Origin: Candidatus Velthaea sp.
Lineage (GTDB): Bacteria; Vulcanimicrobiota; Vulcanimicrobiia; Vulcanimicrobiales; Vulcanimicrobiaceae
NCBI GenBank assembly: GCA_965214935.1
Contig: CBDCCS010000017.1
Span: 1 to 30,480, forward strand
Direction of reading: 5' to 3'
Length of the DNA: 30,480 bases
The position numbers and the translations under genes were made by a program. Below the pieces are notes generated by a model. That model had not been told where the DNA came from and did not search any database. It worked only from the letters and a program-made list of their open reading frames with translations. Below, piece after piece: positions 17,941 to 27,431 of this stretch (positions within the stretch are counted from its first letter, which is position 1; every line of letters starts with the position of its first letter).

Positions 17941-18489
17941 TGTGGCTCTCCTTACCCTTGTTATGTTTGCGACGATAGCCAACGTTGCGCTGTATTATGT
18001 GAATTTGTAAAAGACGCATATGGCAAGACAATCGAATTCACCCGCTGGTTACGAGACTTCATCGTCACTAGCAAGCTATGTAAAGGTATTGCGTCGTGCG
18101 GACATGATCGGGCGCGAGAACTTATGTACGATCATTTGTATCGTAGCTCGTAAGAGTCGTAATCTCGCGAAGCTGTTCGCATTTTTTAGCAGACGCAGGA
18201 TCGGCTGATGCCATCAATTTAGTAGGAGTTGAAAGACCGAGTGAGGCGGTCTCATGATTGACGAACCTTGCTCTCACAAATAAACAAATGACGGCGGCCA
18301 AAAAAACAACTCGCGAGCAATTTCTTCCGAAGCGTTCCCAAAGCGTAGCGATTCGAACGTCGTTCGGATTCGAGCTAATTCCTAGAGAAGTTCGTACACT
18401 TCGTTGTCGTACTTACTGATCGGGTTGCCGCGAGAGTGTCGGCAATGTTGTGACCGATTGACGACTATCTTGGCCGAGGAGCCGAACAC

Positions 18490-18927
18490 ATGAACGAAGC
18501 CGTAATCATGCGCTTTGACGATCTTAAGTCCAGTGAAACTCTACTCATCGTGGCCACCGTGCCGACAATGACCTGATTCATCGAGCGCCTTAAACAGTTC
18601 CATCTGCCAATACTACTAGGCAATGGTGATCCAATCGGGTCGCCCGACATGACACAACTGGAATTGCACCTCGTCGCTAGCGAAAGCGACTCGCTACTCC
18701 TTGAGATAAGTACAAACAAATTTTCATGGAGCCTAACAGTACAGACGGCCCTCGAACTGCAATTGAAGGCGCTGGTCTTGGTAGAGCGGCGCAATCGCAA
18801 AGACTTCAGGGGCGGGCATCAATACTTCGATGCACGAAATTGCCCTTCAGCACCAGTCATTCTGCTGTCACTAAGGGAATACGTCCTCGACGATCTTGTC
18901 GCACTACGGCAAGGTGAAGCTAGGTAA
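18490..18927 (+). pseudogene. Hypothetical gene interrupted by an in-frame TGA at 18574-18576
   Basis: GAGGAG SD (18476-18481) and ATG 18490. The frame continues through a single TGA into the 92-aa ORF 18649..18927, giving 145 aa if read through. Confidence 0.6.
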
Positions 18928-19272
18928 CGTATGCGAGCCACTTTGAAAGATCGCGATCTGCTGATCCACGCACTTGCCGCTTGAGCGTCAGTTGCCGGCG
19001 TTAGTAGCGCTTCGCACGGCTTGTTTAATCTATTTCGCATTACTTCTTGAAGGTTCGGCGCCGATTCTTCGCTTTTTCATTCGGTTATGTCGCCGCGGCT
19101 TATCGGCAAGGCGTCTTTCGCCAGTGCACTCACTTTTGCGCATAGTGTCAGCATGATTGTGACTTACTTCGGCGCCAGAAACGCGATTGCGGCGAAAAGC
19201 TCGTCTTTCGTGCATCGGTTTTAAATACGAGAATGCACTTTTAATCCGACGATCTTGAGCGCAACACAGAGC

Positions 19273-19298
19273 GCGAAGAGGCGGCGCCGCCTCTCCGC
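19273..19298 (-). terminator. GC-rich hairpin just downstream of the fasciclin gene, probable terminator
   Basis: Perfect 18-bp palindrome AGAGGCGGCGCCGCCTCT (19277-19294), extendable by GCG/CGC, about 10 nt after the stop. The U-tract is weak. Confidence 0.6.
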
Positions 19299-19307
19299 AT
19301 GTTCGGG

Positions 19308-19709
19308 CTAGTTCGGTAAGATGACCGAGTCGATGACGTGGATGACGCCGTTGTCGGCCGCTACGTCGGTTGCGATGACGTTTGCTTCATTGATCTTCAC
19401 GCCGCCGTTCACGTGAATTTTCACGTCTTGGCCTTCGACGGTTTTGGCCGAAGTAAGCTTGCTGACATCGGCGGCTGAGACGTTCCCGGCGACGACGTGG
19501 TAGGTCAGGATTTTCGTGAGCTTCGGAATGTCGGCGAGCAGCGCATCGACGGTGCCGGCCGGAAGCTTCGCAAAGGCTGCGTCATTCGGAGCGAACACCG
19601 TGAATGGGCCCGGACCGCTAAGCGTATCGGCAAGACCAGCGGCTTTGACCGCAGCAACGAGCGTGGTGAACTGACCCGCAGCAACTGCGGTTTCGACGAT
19701 ATTAGCCAT
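19308..19709 (-). CDS. Fasciclin (FAS1) domain protein
   Basis: H1 motif [21 protein letters not shown]2 motif [22 protein letters not shown]; no signal peptide. Confidence 0.95.
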   Translation of the reverse strand: MANIVETAVAAGQFTTLVAAVKAAGLADTLSGPGPFTVFAPNDAAFAKLPAGTVDALLADIPKLTKILTYHVVAGNVSAADVSKLTSAKTVEGQDVKIHVNGGVKINEANVIATDVAADNGVIHVIDSVILPN

Positions 19710-19763
19710 GATTCTCCAGGATTCAATGTATTGAGGAGTTGTGGCTTTCGAAAGCAGCAGTCA

Positions 19764-19789
19764 GACGAGCACGCGGTTGTAAACGTTCC
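19764..19789 (-). promoter_or_regulatory. Putative ECF sigma factor promoter for the fasciclin gene
   Basis: Minus strand reads GGAAC-N17-CGTC, about 55 nt upstream of the ATG. Confidence 0.45.
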
Positions 19790-19831
19790 GCTTCAGTACC
19801 CGATTCGACAAATGTCTATGCCGACCCGATC

Positions 19832-20725
19832 TTATGCGGCTACCGATAACGAGTCGTACTCGTCGGCGCTCAAGGAGATCGAACCGGCAGCCACGTTCTC
19901 TTCGAGATGCGACAGCGACGCCGTTCCCGGGATAACGATTATGGCCGGCGAGCGATGCAGCAGCCACGCAAGCGCGATCTGATTGGATTCAACGCCATGC
20001 TTGCGCGCAAGTGCCGCAATACGCTCGGAAGACAGTTTTCCGGCGGCAAGCGGTCCCCAGGGCAAAAATGCGATACCATGCTCGGTGCAATAATCGACAA
20101 CCGCAAGTGTTTCGTCATCCGGAACGCCGTTGAACACCGTTGAGCCGCCCGTTGCATTGTTAAAGCGGTTTTGCACCGAAACGATCGGTACGATGTTGCG
20201 CGCTTGTTCGAGTTGCGCAACGCTGACGTTCGAGAGACCGACATGGCGAATCTTACCGGCGCGTTGCATCTCGGCAACTGCCGAAACCGAATCCTCGAAC
20301 GGTGTTTGCGGATCCGGCCGATGCAATTGGTACAGATCGATGCATTCGAGCCGCAAGCGTTGCAGGCTGCCTTCGAGTGCCTCTTTGAGATGCTGCGGCT
20401 GTCCGTTCGGCGTCCACTTGTCCGGCCCGCTACGGGTGTTGCCGCCTTTGGTCGCCACCACGAGTCCGGCCGGATACGGGTGGAGCGCCTCGGCGATTAA
20501 TTCCTCGCTCACATTGGGACCGTAAGAGTCGGCGGTGTCGATTACGTTGACGCCGAGTTCGACGGCGCGGCGCAAAACAGCAAGTGCGTTGGGACGATCG
20601 CTCGGCTCGCCCCAAATACCCGGTCCGGTGATGCGCATTGCACCGAAACCGAGCCGGTTGACCGGCATGTCGCCGCCGATCGAAAAGCTGCCTGCCGCCG
20701 CAGCGGATATCGTCGGATCGTTCAT
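19832..20725 (-). CDS. Aldo/keto reductase
   Basis: RLGFGAMR, IDTADSYG (D, Y), VATKGG (K), IDLYQLHR (H), GKIRHVGLSN, IPGT....HLEEN. Confidence 0.95.
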   Translation of the reverse strand: MNDPTISAAAAGSFSIGGDMPVNRLGFGAMRITGPGIWGEPSDRPNALAVLRRAVELGVNVIDTADSYGPNVSEELIAEALHPYPAGLVVATKGGNTRSGPDKWTPNGQPQHLKEALEGSLQRLRLECIDLYQLHRPDPQTPFEDSVSAVAEMQRAGKIRHVGLSNVSVAQLEQARNIVPIVSVQNRFNNATGGSTVFNGVPDDETLAVVDYCTEHGIAFLPWGPLAAGKLSSERIAALARKHGVESNQIALAWLLHRSPAIIVIPGTASLSHLEENVAAGSISLSADEYDSLSVAA

Positions 20726-20897
20726 ACTGCGCCTGTACCCGCAATGCTTATTGTAACTAGCATGCGTCCGGCGTCGGACCGAAGAGACTCTCGAAGCCCC
20801 GCTAGCTCGTCGATCGAAAGCCTCGTTCGATCGCCGAAAGGGTCGGACTGCTCGCCGCGACCAATAGAATGCGGCCTACCTGTTCCCTAGGGTCGTT

Positions 20898-22565
20898 ATG
20901 ACGCAATACGTGTACTCGATGCATCGTGTCGGCAAACTCGTGCCGCCGAAGCGTCAAATTCTCAAAGACATTTCGCTCAGCTTTCTACCCGGCGCGAAGA
21001 TCGGCATTTTGGGCCTCAACGGCGGCGGTAAATCGACGTTGCTGCGCATCATGGCCGGCATCGATACCGACATCGACGGCGAGGCGAAGCCGATGGCGAA
21101 CTTGACCGTCGGCTATCTCGAGCAAGAACCAAAATTAGATCCCGAGAAAACCGTCCGCGAGACGGTCGAAGAGGCGCTGAGCGAGATTTTCGGCGTCCGC
21201 AAACGGCTCGACGACGTGTATGCCGCCTACGGCGATCCAGACGCGGATTTTGACAAATTGGCCAACGAACAGGCGAAGCTCGAAGCAATTCTGTTTGCCG
21301 TTGGTGACGACCTCGAGCAACAACTCGAGATGGCTGCCGATGCGCTCCGTTTGCCCCCCTGGGACGCGAAAATCGGTCCACTGTCGGGCGGCGAAAAACG
21401 CCGCGTCGCATTGTGCCGACTGTTGCTGTCGAAGCCCGGGATGCTGCTGCTCGATGAGCCCACCAATCATCTCGATGCCGAAAGCGTCGAGTGGCTCGAA
21501 CACTTCTTACAGCGCTTCCCCGGCACCGTTGTGGCCGTGACGCACGACCGCTATTTTCTCGATAATGCCGCCGAGTGGATCTTGGAACTCGATCGCGGCC
21601 GCGGCATTCCCTGGAAGGGCAATTACAGTTCGTGGCTCGACCAGAAGCAGCAACGGCTGGCCCAAGAAGAAGCGAGCGAATCGGCCCGTCAGAAAGCGCT
21701 CAAGCGCGAACTTGAATGGGTGCGCTCCGGCGTGAAAGGCCAGCAGTCGAAGAGTAAAAGCCGCCTCGCGCGCTTCGAGGAGCTGTCGAGTTACGAATAC
21801 CAGCGGCGCAACGAAACGCAAGAGATCTTTATTCCGGTCGCCGAGCGGCTCGGCGAACAGGTCATCGAGTTCAACGGCGTGCGTAAAGCCTACGGCGACC
21901 GGCTGCTCATGGACGACGTGACGTTTCGCATTCCGGCCGGTGCGATCGTCGGCATCATCGGGCCCAACGGCGCCGGAAAATCGACGCTTTTTCGGATGAT
22001 TTCCGGCAAAGAGCAGCCGGACGCCGGCAAGATTACGATCGGTCCGACCGTTAAGCTCGCCGTCGTCGATCAAACGCGCGAATCGCTCGACGATGCAAAA
22101 ACGGTGTTCCATGATGTCAGCGGCGGTCTCGATTTGTTGATGGTCGGCAAGTTCGAGATGCCGTCGCGTGCGTATCTCGGCCGGTTTAACTTCAAAGGCG
22201 CCGATCAGCAGAAAATCGTCGGTACGTTATCGGGCGGCGAACGTGGCCGGCTGCACCTGGCTAAAACACTGCTCACAGGCGCAAACGTCTTGCTGCTCGA
22301 CGAGCCCTCGAACGATCTCGATGTCGAGACGTTGCGTGCGCTTGAAGATGCGCTCGGCGAGTTTGCCGGAACGGTGTTGTGCATCAGTCACGATCGCTGG
22401 TTTCTCGATCGCATCGCGACGCACATCATCGCCTTTGAGGGCGATTCGCGCGTATTTTTCTTCGAAGGCAACTACGGCGAATACGAAATTAACAAACGCA
22501 GCCGGCTCGGTGAAGAAGCGGCAAAGCCGCACCGGATCCGCTATCGGCCGCTAACGTTGCCGTAG
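20898..22565 (+). CDS. ettA: Energy-dependent translational throttle protein (ABC-F)
   Basis: 555 aa with two ABC domains (GLNGGGKST, GPNGAGKST, LSGGE twice, LLDEP twice) and linker ELEWVR...QSKSKSRL. The N-terminus VPPKRQILKDISLSF.PGAKIG is typical of EttA. Confidence 0.96.
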   Translation: MTQYVYSMHRVGKLVPPKRQILKDISLSFLPGAKIGILGLNGGGKSTLLRIMAGIDTDIDGEAKPMANLTVGYLEQEPKLDPEKTVRETVEEALSEIFGVRKRLDDVYAAYGDPDADFDKLANEQAKLEAILFAVGDDLEQQLEMAADALRLPPWDAKIGPLSGGEKRRVALCRLLLSKPGMLLLDEPTNHLDAESVEWLEHFLQRFPGTVVAVTHDRYFLDNAAEWILELDRGRGIPWKGNYSSWLDQKQQRLAQEEASESARQKALKRELEWVRSGVKGQQSKSKSRLARFEELSSYEYQRRNETQEIFIPVAERLGEQVIEFNGVRKAYGDRLLMDDVTFRIPAGAIVGIIGPNGAGKSTLFRMISGKEQPDAGKITIGPTVKLAVVDQTRESLDDAKTVFHDVSGGLDLLMVGKFEMPSRAYLGRFNFKGADQQKIVGTLSGGERGRLHLAKTLLTGANVLLLDEPSNDLDVETLRALEDALGEFAGTVLCISHDRWFLDRIATHIIAFEGDSRVFFFEGNYGEYEINKRSRLGEEAAKPHRIRYRPLTLP

Positions 22566-22577
22566 CGCCGTTCACTT

Positions 22578-22599
22578 GGCCGGCACGTCGTTGCCGGCC
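22578..22599 (+). terminator. Hairpin between ettA and gnd (possible terminator or stability element)
   Basis: GGCCGGCA-cgtcgt-TGCCGGCC, an 8-bp stem 12 nt after the ettA stop; no U-tract. Confidence 0.35.
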
Positions 22600-22631
22600 G
22601 CACGTCCATAGCACAAGTAAGGAGAATACTT

Positions 22632-24074
22632 ATGGCAGCTGAAGCGACTTTCGGCGTCACGGGCCTAGCGGTGATGGGCGCAAATCTTGCGCGTAATCTT
22701 GCGCATCGCGGCATCACGCTGGCGGTTCACAATCGAACGAATGCCAAGACCGACGAATTCATGAGCGAGTACAGCAGCGAAGGACACTTCGTTCCGGCGC
22801 ACGATCTCGCGGCGTTCGTCGATTCGATAAAACGGCCGCGGCCGATCTTGATGATGGTCAAAGCCGGTAAACCCGTCGATGACGTCATTGCCGAGTTAAT
22901 CCCCCATCTCGAGCCGGGCGATATTCTCATCGACGGCGGTAACTCGTTCTTCGCCGATACCCGCCGGCGCACCAAGGACGTCGAAGCGCAGGGCTTTCGC
23001 TACATCGGTGCCGGCGTTTCCGGCGGCGAAGAAGGCGCTCTCAACGGACCAAGCATTATGCCCGGAGGGACGCAGGAAGCGTATCGGCTCATCGAGCCGA
23101 TTCTCACCCAGATCGCCGCACAAGTCGACGGCGAACCGTGCTGCACGTATATCGGCGCCGACGGGGCCGGCCATTACGTGAAGATGGTGCACAACGGCAT
23201 CGAATATGCCGACATGCAATTAATCGCCGAAGCCTACGACTTACTCAAGCAGATGCTCATTTTAGAAGCCGGCGAGATCGGCGACATCTTCGAGCGCTGG
23301 AACGACGGCGATCTCGATTCGTACCTCATTCAAATTACGGCCGAAGTTCTACATAAGCGGGACGATGAAACGGGTCGTCCGCTCGTCGATCTCATTCTCG
23401 ATGAAGCCGAACAAAAAGGAACGGGACGCTGGACGTCACAGTCGGCGCTCGAACTCGGCGTTCCGCTCACGACGATTACCGAAGCCGTCTTCGCACGTGC
23501 CCTGTCGGCGCGAAAGGCTGAACGCGAAGATGCGTCGCGCGTTTTGAGCGGTCCGGCGAAACGCTTCGGCGGCGATGACAAAAACCTCCGGTTCATCGAC
23601 GACATCCGCGATGCTTTGTATGCCTCAAAGATCGTGGCATACGCTCAGGGATTCGAGCAGATGGCGGCCGCGGCGGCAGAGTACGATTGGCAACTCGATC
23701 TCGGAACGATCTCGACGATCTGGCGTGGCGGCTGTATCATTCGCGCGCGCTTTCTTAACCGCATCAAAGATGCGTACGCTGCCGACCCGAAATTAAAAAA
23801 CTTGATGCTCGCACCATATTTTAGTGCGGCCATCATCGAGGCGCAAGGTGCCTGGCGACGCGTTGTTACGCAGGCGATCGACGCCGGCATACCCGTACCG
23901 GCATTTTCGTCGGCACTCGCCTATTACGACGGGTACCGGCGCGAACGCAGCCCGGCGAACCTCATTCAGGGCTTACGCGATTACTTCGGCGCGCACTCGT
24001 ATCGTCGGACGGACGCGTTCGGCAGCTTTCACACCCGTTGGTCGCAGGGCGGCAACGAAGTCAAGGTTTCGTAG
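22632..24074 (+). CDS. gndA: NADP-dependent 6-phosphogluconate dehydrogenase, decarboxylating
   Basis: GLAVMG.NL, HNRT, MVKAG, IDGGN, GVSGGEEGA..GPSIMPGG, VKMVHNGIEY, QKGTGRWT, WRGGCIIR, Q..RDYFGAH. AAGGAG SD. Confidence 0.97.
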   Translation: MAAEATFGVTGLAVMGANLARNLAHRGITLAVHNRTNAKTDEFMSEYSSEGHFVPAHDLAAFVDSIKRPRPILMMVKAGKPVDDVIAELIPHLEPGDILIDGGNSFFADTRRRTKDVEAQGFRYIGAGVSGGEEGALNGPSIMPGGTQEAYRLIEPILTQIAAQVDGEPCCTYIGADGAGHYVKMVHNGIEYADMQLIAEAYDLLKQMLILEAGEIGDIFERWNDGDLDSYLIQITAEVLHKRDDETGRPLVDLILDEAEQKGTGRWTSQSALELGVPLTTITEAVFARALSARKAEREDASRVLSGPAKRFGGDDKNLRFIDDIRDALYASKIVAYAQGFEQMAAAAAEYDWQLDLGTISTIWRGGCIIRARFLNRIKDAYAADPKLKNLMLAPYFSAAIIEAQGAWRRVVTQAIDAGIPVPAFSSALAYYDGYRRERSPANLIQGLRDYFGAHSYRRTDAFGSFHTRWSQGGNEVKVS

Positions 24075-24082
24075 TTCGACCG

Positions 24083-24448
24083 CTACCGCCGAACGTGCTC
24101 GCACGCTTCGGCGATTTGCTGGCGCCGCGTCGCGTCGGCGGCGCTGCCGCCGCCGACCGGTATCGCCACCAAGGTCTGAGACTGGCTCGAGCCGTTTGGT
24201 CCGAGCGTGCCACCTACCGGCGGTGTATCGTTCGGCCGTTCGTTGCACGCGACTGCCGACGTTACCGGAGTTACGGCTCGGCCGTGTAGTCGGCTGCGAT
24301 TCAAGGGCGGATGAACGCTGCGGTGCACCGGCGCTGGACTCGGAACCGCGCCCGCGGCGGCTCCAAGCCCGGATGCGACAATCGCAAAGAGCGTTACGAC
24401 GCTTGTAATGCGGCCGGTATGACGATTTCGATCAGCGATAAATTGCAA
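24083..24448 (-). CDS. Hypothetical exported Pro-rich protein with two cysteines
   Basis: AAGGAG SD 7 nt before TTG 24448, hydrophobic segment SVVTLFAIVASGLGAAAGA, and two Cys. Confidence 0.55.
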   Translation of the reverse strand: MQFIADRNRHTGRITSVVTLFAIVASGLGAAAGAVPSPAPVHRSVHPPLNRSRLHGRAVTPVTSAVACNERPNDTPPVGGTLGPNGSSQSQTLVAIPVGGGSAADATRRQQIAEACEHVRR

Positions 24449-24554
24449 CCGGATACTCCTTAACATTAGCTGTACGTTAGCACCTTAACTTCCTGAGAGC
24501 CGCGCCCCACGGACAAGCAAGCCGAGGCTCTGCCGACAGGTCGCGATGATCGCG

Positions 24555-24764
24555 TCAACGTTCGCTTTCGGCTTGAGTCGATTGCCGATCGTAAAACGCC
24601 GGCTCTAATGGACTCCGCGCATCGTCCGTTTGGCCCGGCGGCAAGCCGTTGGGCTCTGTTTGATTCGAGTCGCGCGTCGCCGGCGCAACCGGCGCCGGTT
24701 CTTGATTCTCCGCTATCCGGTCGTCGGTTGCCGTGCGTTCGTTGCCCGCTTGCGATGTGCTCAT
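24555..24764 (-). CDS. Small acidic, probably disordered hypothetical protein (69 aa)
   Basis: MSTSQAGNER...EPAFYDRQSTQAESER has hydrophilin-like composition and fills the gap between neighbouring genes. Confidence 0.45.
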   Translation of the reverse strand: MSTSQAGNERTATDDRIAENQEPAPVAPATRDSNQTEPNGLPPGQTDDARSPLEPAFYDRQSTQAESER

Positions 24765-24931
24765 GCAATCATATGCCCGGAATGAGCCGATTCTTCTCTC
24801 ACGATATGTGAGCGGCATCACGTCGAGCATTGCCCGAAATACACCGGTTTCGGGGATACTGTGATCTAGTCATAGGTGTAGAAGCGCGCAATAATGGTGA
24901 CAGTACGTATACGTTTGCTGTGGAGATAGGT

Positions 24932-25246
24932 ATGGAGCAGATTCACGGGCATGCATCGATTCGCGCCGCCAATAAAATCGTCGGCGACTTCGTCGCTTTA
25001 CGCGATCATGTGCGGGTAAGCGCTGAGGGGTTTGCGGTCCTTGACTTTGCGCAAGGCCGGGTCGCGATGGATTTACCGACCGATACGGCTAAGGACATCA
25101 TCCATGTCTTGCGCGGCGACTTTAGCCGGACGGAAGGCGCGTATCTCAACGATTTAGTGATGTATTGGCTCGAAACGTACCGCCGCGCCTACTCAAACAT
25201 TATCATGCGGGTATTTGAGGACGGTGCCGATCCGATGGCCGCTTAG
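24932..25246 (+). CDS. Hypothetical protein (104 aa)
   Basis: GGAG SD upstream of ATG 24932, globular alpha/beta-like composition, and overlap with the start of the S41 protease. Confidence 0.6.
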   Translation: MEQIHGHASIRAANKIVGDFVALRDHVRVSAEGFAVLDFAQGRVAMDLPTDTAKDIIHVLRGDFSRTEGAYLNDLVMYWLETYRRAYSNIIMRVFEDGADPMAA

Positions 25247-26561
25247 CTGCGGCATCTTCGTTACCGCGGTTGCCTTACTTAGCTTCCCGACTCGGTTTGC
25301 CGTTGGGAACGTAAGCGATATCTCGCTTGACGATCTCGTGGAACTCGATATGGGCTACACGACGATCAGCGATAATTACTATAAGAAGATTTCAGCGCAA
25401 CGTTTACTCGATGGGGCGCGGGTCGGGTTAACGGCGTATTTACGCAGCCGAAACATTCGCGATCCGCAGATACCAATCGTCCGTGCGCGATATGACGGCC
25501 GTGGTAGCGTGCCGGTCATCGAACAACAAATCGGGCGCGCAATCGTTCGCTTCGGCTCGCGAGTCGATGCTCGGGGGTTAATCTATGCGGCTATCCGCGG
25601 CGAAGTTGCTGCATTAAGCGACCCTTACTCGGTCTTTTTCACAAGCAACGAATTGAGCGGCTTCACGACGGCACTTGACGGACGTTCGTTTGCCGGAATC
25701 GGAGCCGTCGTCACCGACGATCCCGACGGCGACATCCGCGTCGACCAGGTCTTCGATGGTAGCCCCGCCCAGCGAGCCGGTTTGCAAAGCGGCGATCGGA
25801 TCATTGCTGTCGACGGCGATTCGGTTTCACATCGTCCGCTGCAGGTCATCATGGACCGCTTGCGGGGTGCGGCCGGAACGTCGGTCGTCCTTGCCGTCGC
25901 GCGCCCGCCGAGCGTAATCCTAACGCAGACCATCGCGATCGTGCGCGCCGCAATTACGCCGCCCGACACGACGGTGCGGATGCTCCCGCAGGCGATCGGT
26001 TATTTGGGGCTCCGAACGTTTGGACCCGACGCCGGCGCACAGGTTCATTCGGCGTTGAGCCGGCTGCACGAGCAAGGTGCGCGCGCGATCGTGTTTGACG
26101 TGCGGGGCAATGGCGGCGGCTACGAACGCGCCGCGGAGCGCGTTGCCTCGGCGTTCATCGCAAAGGGACCGATCGTTTCGATTGCGAGCAGTCGCGGTTC
26201 GCGGCATATCAGCGTCGCCGACGGGACGGCACTACCGGCGTTGCCGCTCGTCGTGCTCGTCGACGGCGACAGCGCGTCGGGGTCGGAACTTGTAACGGGT
26301 GCAATCGCCGATTACCGGCTTGGCACGATCGTCGGAACGCAGACCTTCGGTAAGGGCGTCGTTCAGTCGATGTTTCCGTTGCCGGACGGAGCGGCACTCA
26401 AGATAACGACGGCAAGTTACTACACGCCGAACGGCACCGACATCAATCACGCGGGGATCCGGCCCGACGTCATCGTACGCGAACCGGCCGACGCCCAGCG
26501 CGGTGTTCCGGGCCACGACCCTCAACTCGACGCCGGTCTTGCGCTGCTGAACCACTCCTAA
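25215..26561 (+). CDS. ctpA: S41 family carboxy-terminal processing protease with PDZ domain
   Basis: L.DPYS.F, FAGIGA (PDZ), GSPA.RAGLQ.GD.I, DVRGNGGG, catalytic SASGSE and TFGKG, YYTP.G..I...GI.PD. N-terminal signal or anchor. Confidence 0.92.
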   Translation: MRTVPIRWPLSCGIFVTAVALLSFPTRFAVGNVSDISLDDLVELDMGYTTISDNYYKKISAQRLLDGARVGLTAYLRSRNIRDPQIPIVRARYDGRGSVPVIEQQIGRAIVRFGSRVDARGLIYAAIRGEVAALSDPYSVFFTSNELSGFTTALDGRSFAGIGAVVTDDPDGDIRVDQVFDGSPAQRAGLQSGDRIIAVDGDSVSHRPLQVIMDRLRGAAGTSVVLAVARPPSVILTQTIAIVRAAITPPDTTVRMLPQAIGYLGLRTFGPDAGAQVHSALSRLHEQGARAIVFDVRGNGGGYERAAERVASAFIAKGPIVSIASSRGSRHISVADGTALPALPLVVLVDGDSASGSELVTGAIADYRLGTIVGTQTFGKGVVQSMFPLPDGAALKITTASYYTPNGTDINHAGIRPDVIVREPADAQRGVPGHDPQLDAGLALLNHS

Positions 26562-27418
26562 CGCAGCGCGTGTCCTTGAAGCCACCGATCGATCATGCGG
26601 CGGGCGATCGTGTCGAAAAACGGCCGGGCCACCTTCATCTGCGCTTGCAGTTCGTGCAGTGAGTCGACATCGAACCAGCGCGCATCTTCGAGTTCACCGT
26701 CGTTGAGCGCGATTATCGAACTGCGCGCCTCGGCCAAATATCCGAGCATCAACGAACGTGGAAACGGCCACGATTCGGAACCAAAGTACTCCATAGCGCC
26801 GACCGCGATGCCGGCTTCCTCGAACACTTCGCGCCGGACGGCGGCTTCGAGTGTTTCGCCCGGTTCTACGAAACCGGCTAAGGTCGAATACCAACCCGCC
26901 GGCCAGCGCGCCGCGCGGCCGAGTAAGACACGGTCGGCGTGATGGACCAAGACGATAATCGCCGGATCGATCCGAGGAAAATGACGATGTACCCGGGCGG
27001 GATTCGTGCAGATTTTGGCCACCGCATCGTTGGTCCATTCCAACCCATGGCCGCATGCCGGACAAAACCGGTACCGATTCGACCAGCGTTCGATCGCCAA
27101 GGCGCGGACGAGCGCAGCGCGCACCGGTCCGGCGTATCGGCCAAGTCCGGTCATCACGTCGATGAAGACCGCATCCGTGGCGAGCGTCGCACCGGCTTCT
27201 CGGGCGCGCGATTCGTCGGCTTCAAGGAGTGCGACGATCGGAACGTCGCCGGTTCGCACGATCCGTAGATCGGCGAGCGGCTCGGCGCTCAGCGGCACCG
27301 TTACGAGTTGCATGTCGTCGGCCGACTGAACTAACGCCTGACCGTGCCAGATGATGTACGGCCCATCGGCGCCGGCTGCGAGCAGGCCGGGTTGTACGTC
27401 GCGCTCATGTTCGGTCAT
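26558..27418 (-). CDS. nudC: NAD(+)/NADH diphosphatase (NudC family Nudix hydrolase)
   Basis: RFCPACG zinc ribbon, FPRIDPAII, Nudix box GFVEPGETLE.AVRREV.EE.G, SESWPFPRSLM. ATG 27418 lies just after the xdhC stop. Confidence 0.9.
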   Translation of the reverse strand: MTEHERDVQPGLLAAGADGPYIIWHGQALVQSADDMQLVTVPLSAEPLADLRIVRTGDVPIVALLEADESRAREAGATLATDAVFIDVMTGLGRYAGPVRAALVRALAIERWSNRYRFCPACGHGLEWTNDAVAKICTNPARVHRHFPRIDPAIIVLVHHADRVLLGRAARWPAGWYSTLAGFVEPGETLEAAVRREVFEEAGIAVGAMEYFGSESWPFPRSLMLGYLAEARSSIIALNDGELEDARWFDVDSLHELQAQMKVARPFFDTIARRMIDRWLQGHALR

Positions 27419-27431
27419 GCAGTTCGCACGG

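Noticed and set aside
18020..18208. 62-aa ORF and other short ORFs (18974-19156, 19030-19215) in the low-GC islet
   Set aside because: No SD, no recognisable motif and mutually overlapping frames; not supportable as genes.
18354..18366. CGAAC-gtc-GTTCG as a LexA (Cheo) box
   Set aside because: The spacer is 3 nt instead of 4 and it is not upstream of a repair gene; no box was seen before uvrC.
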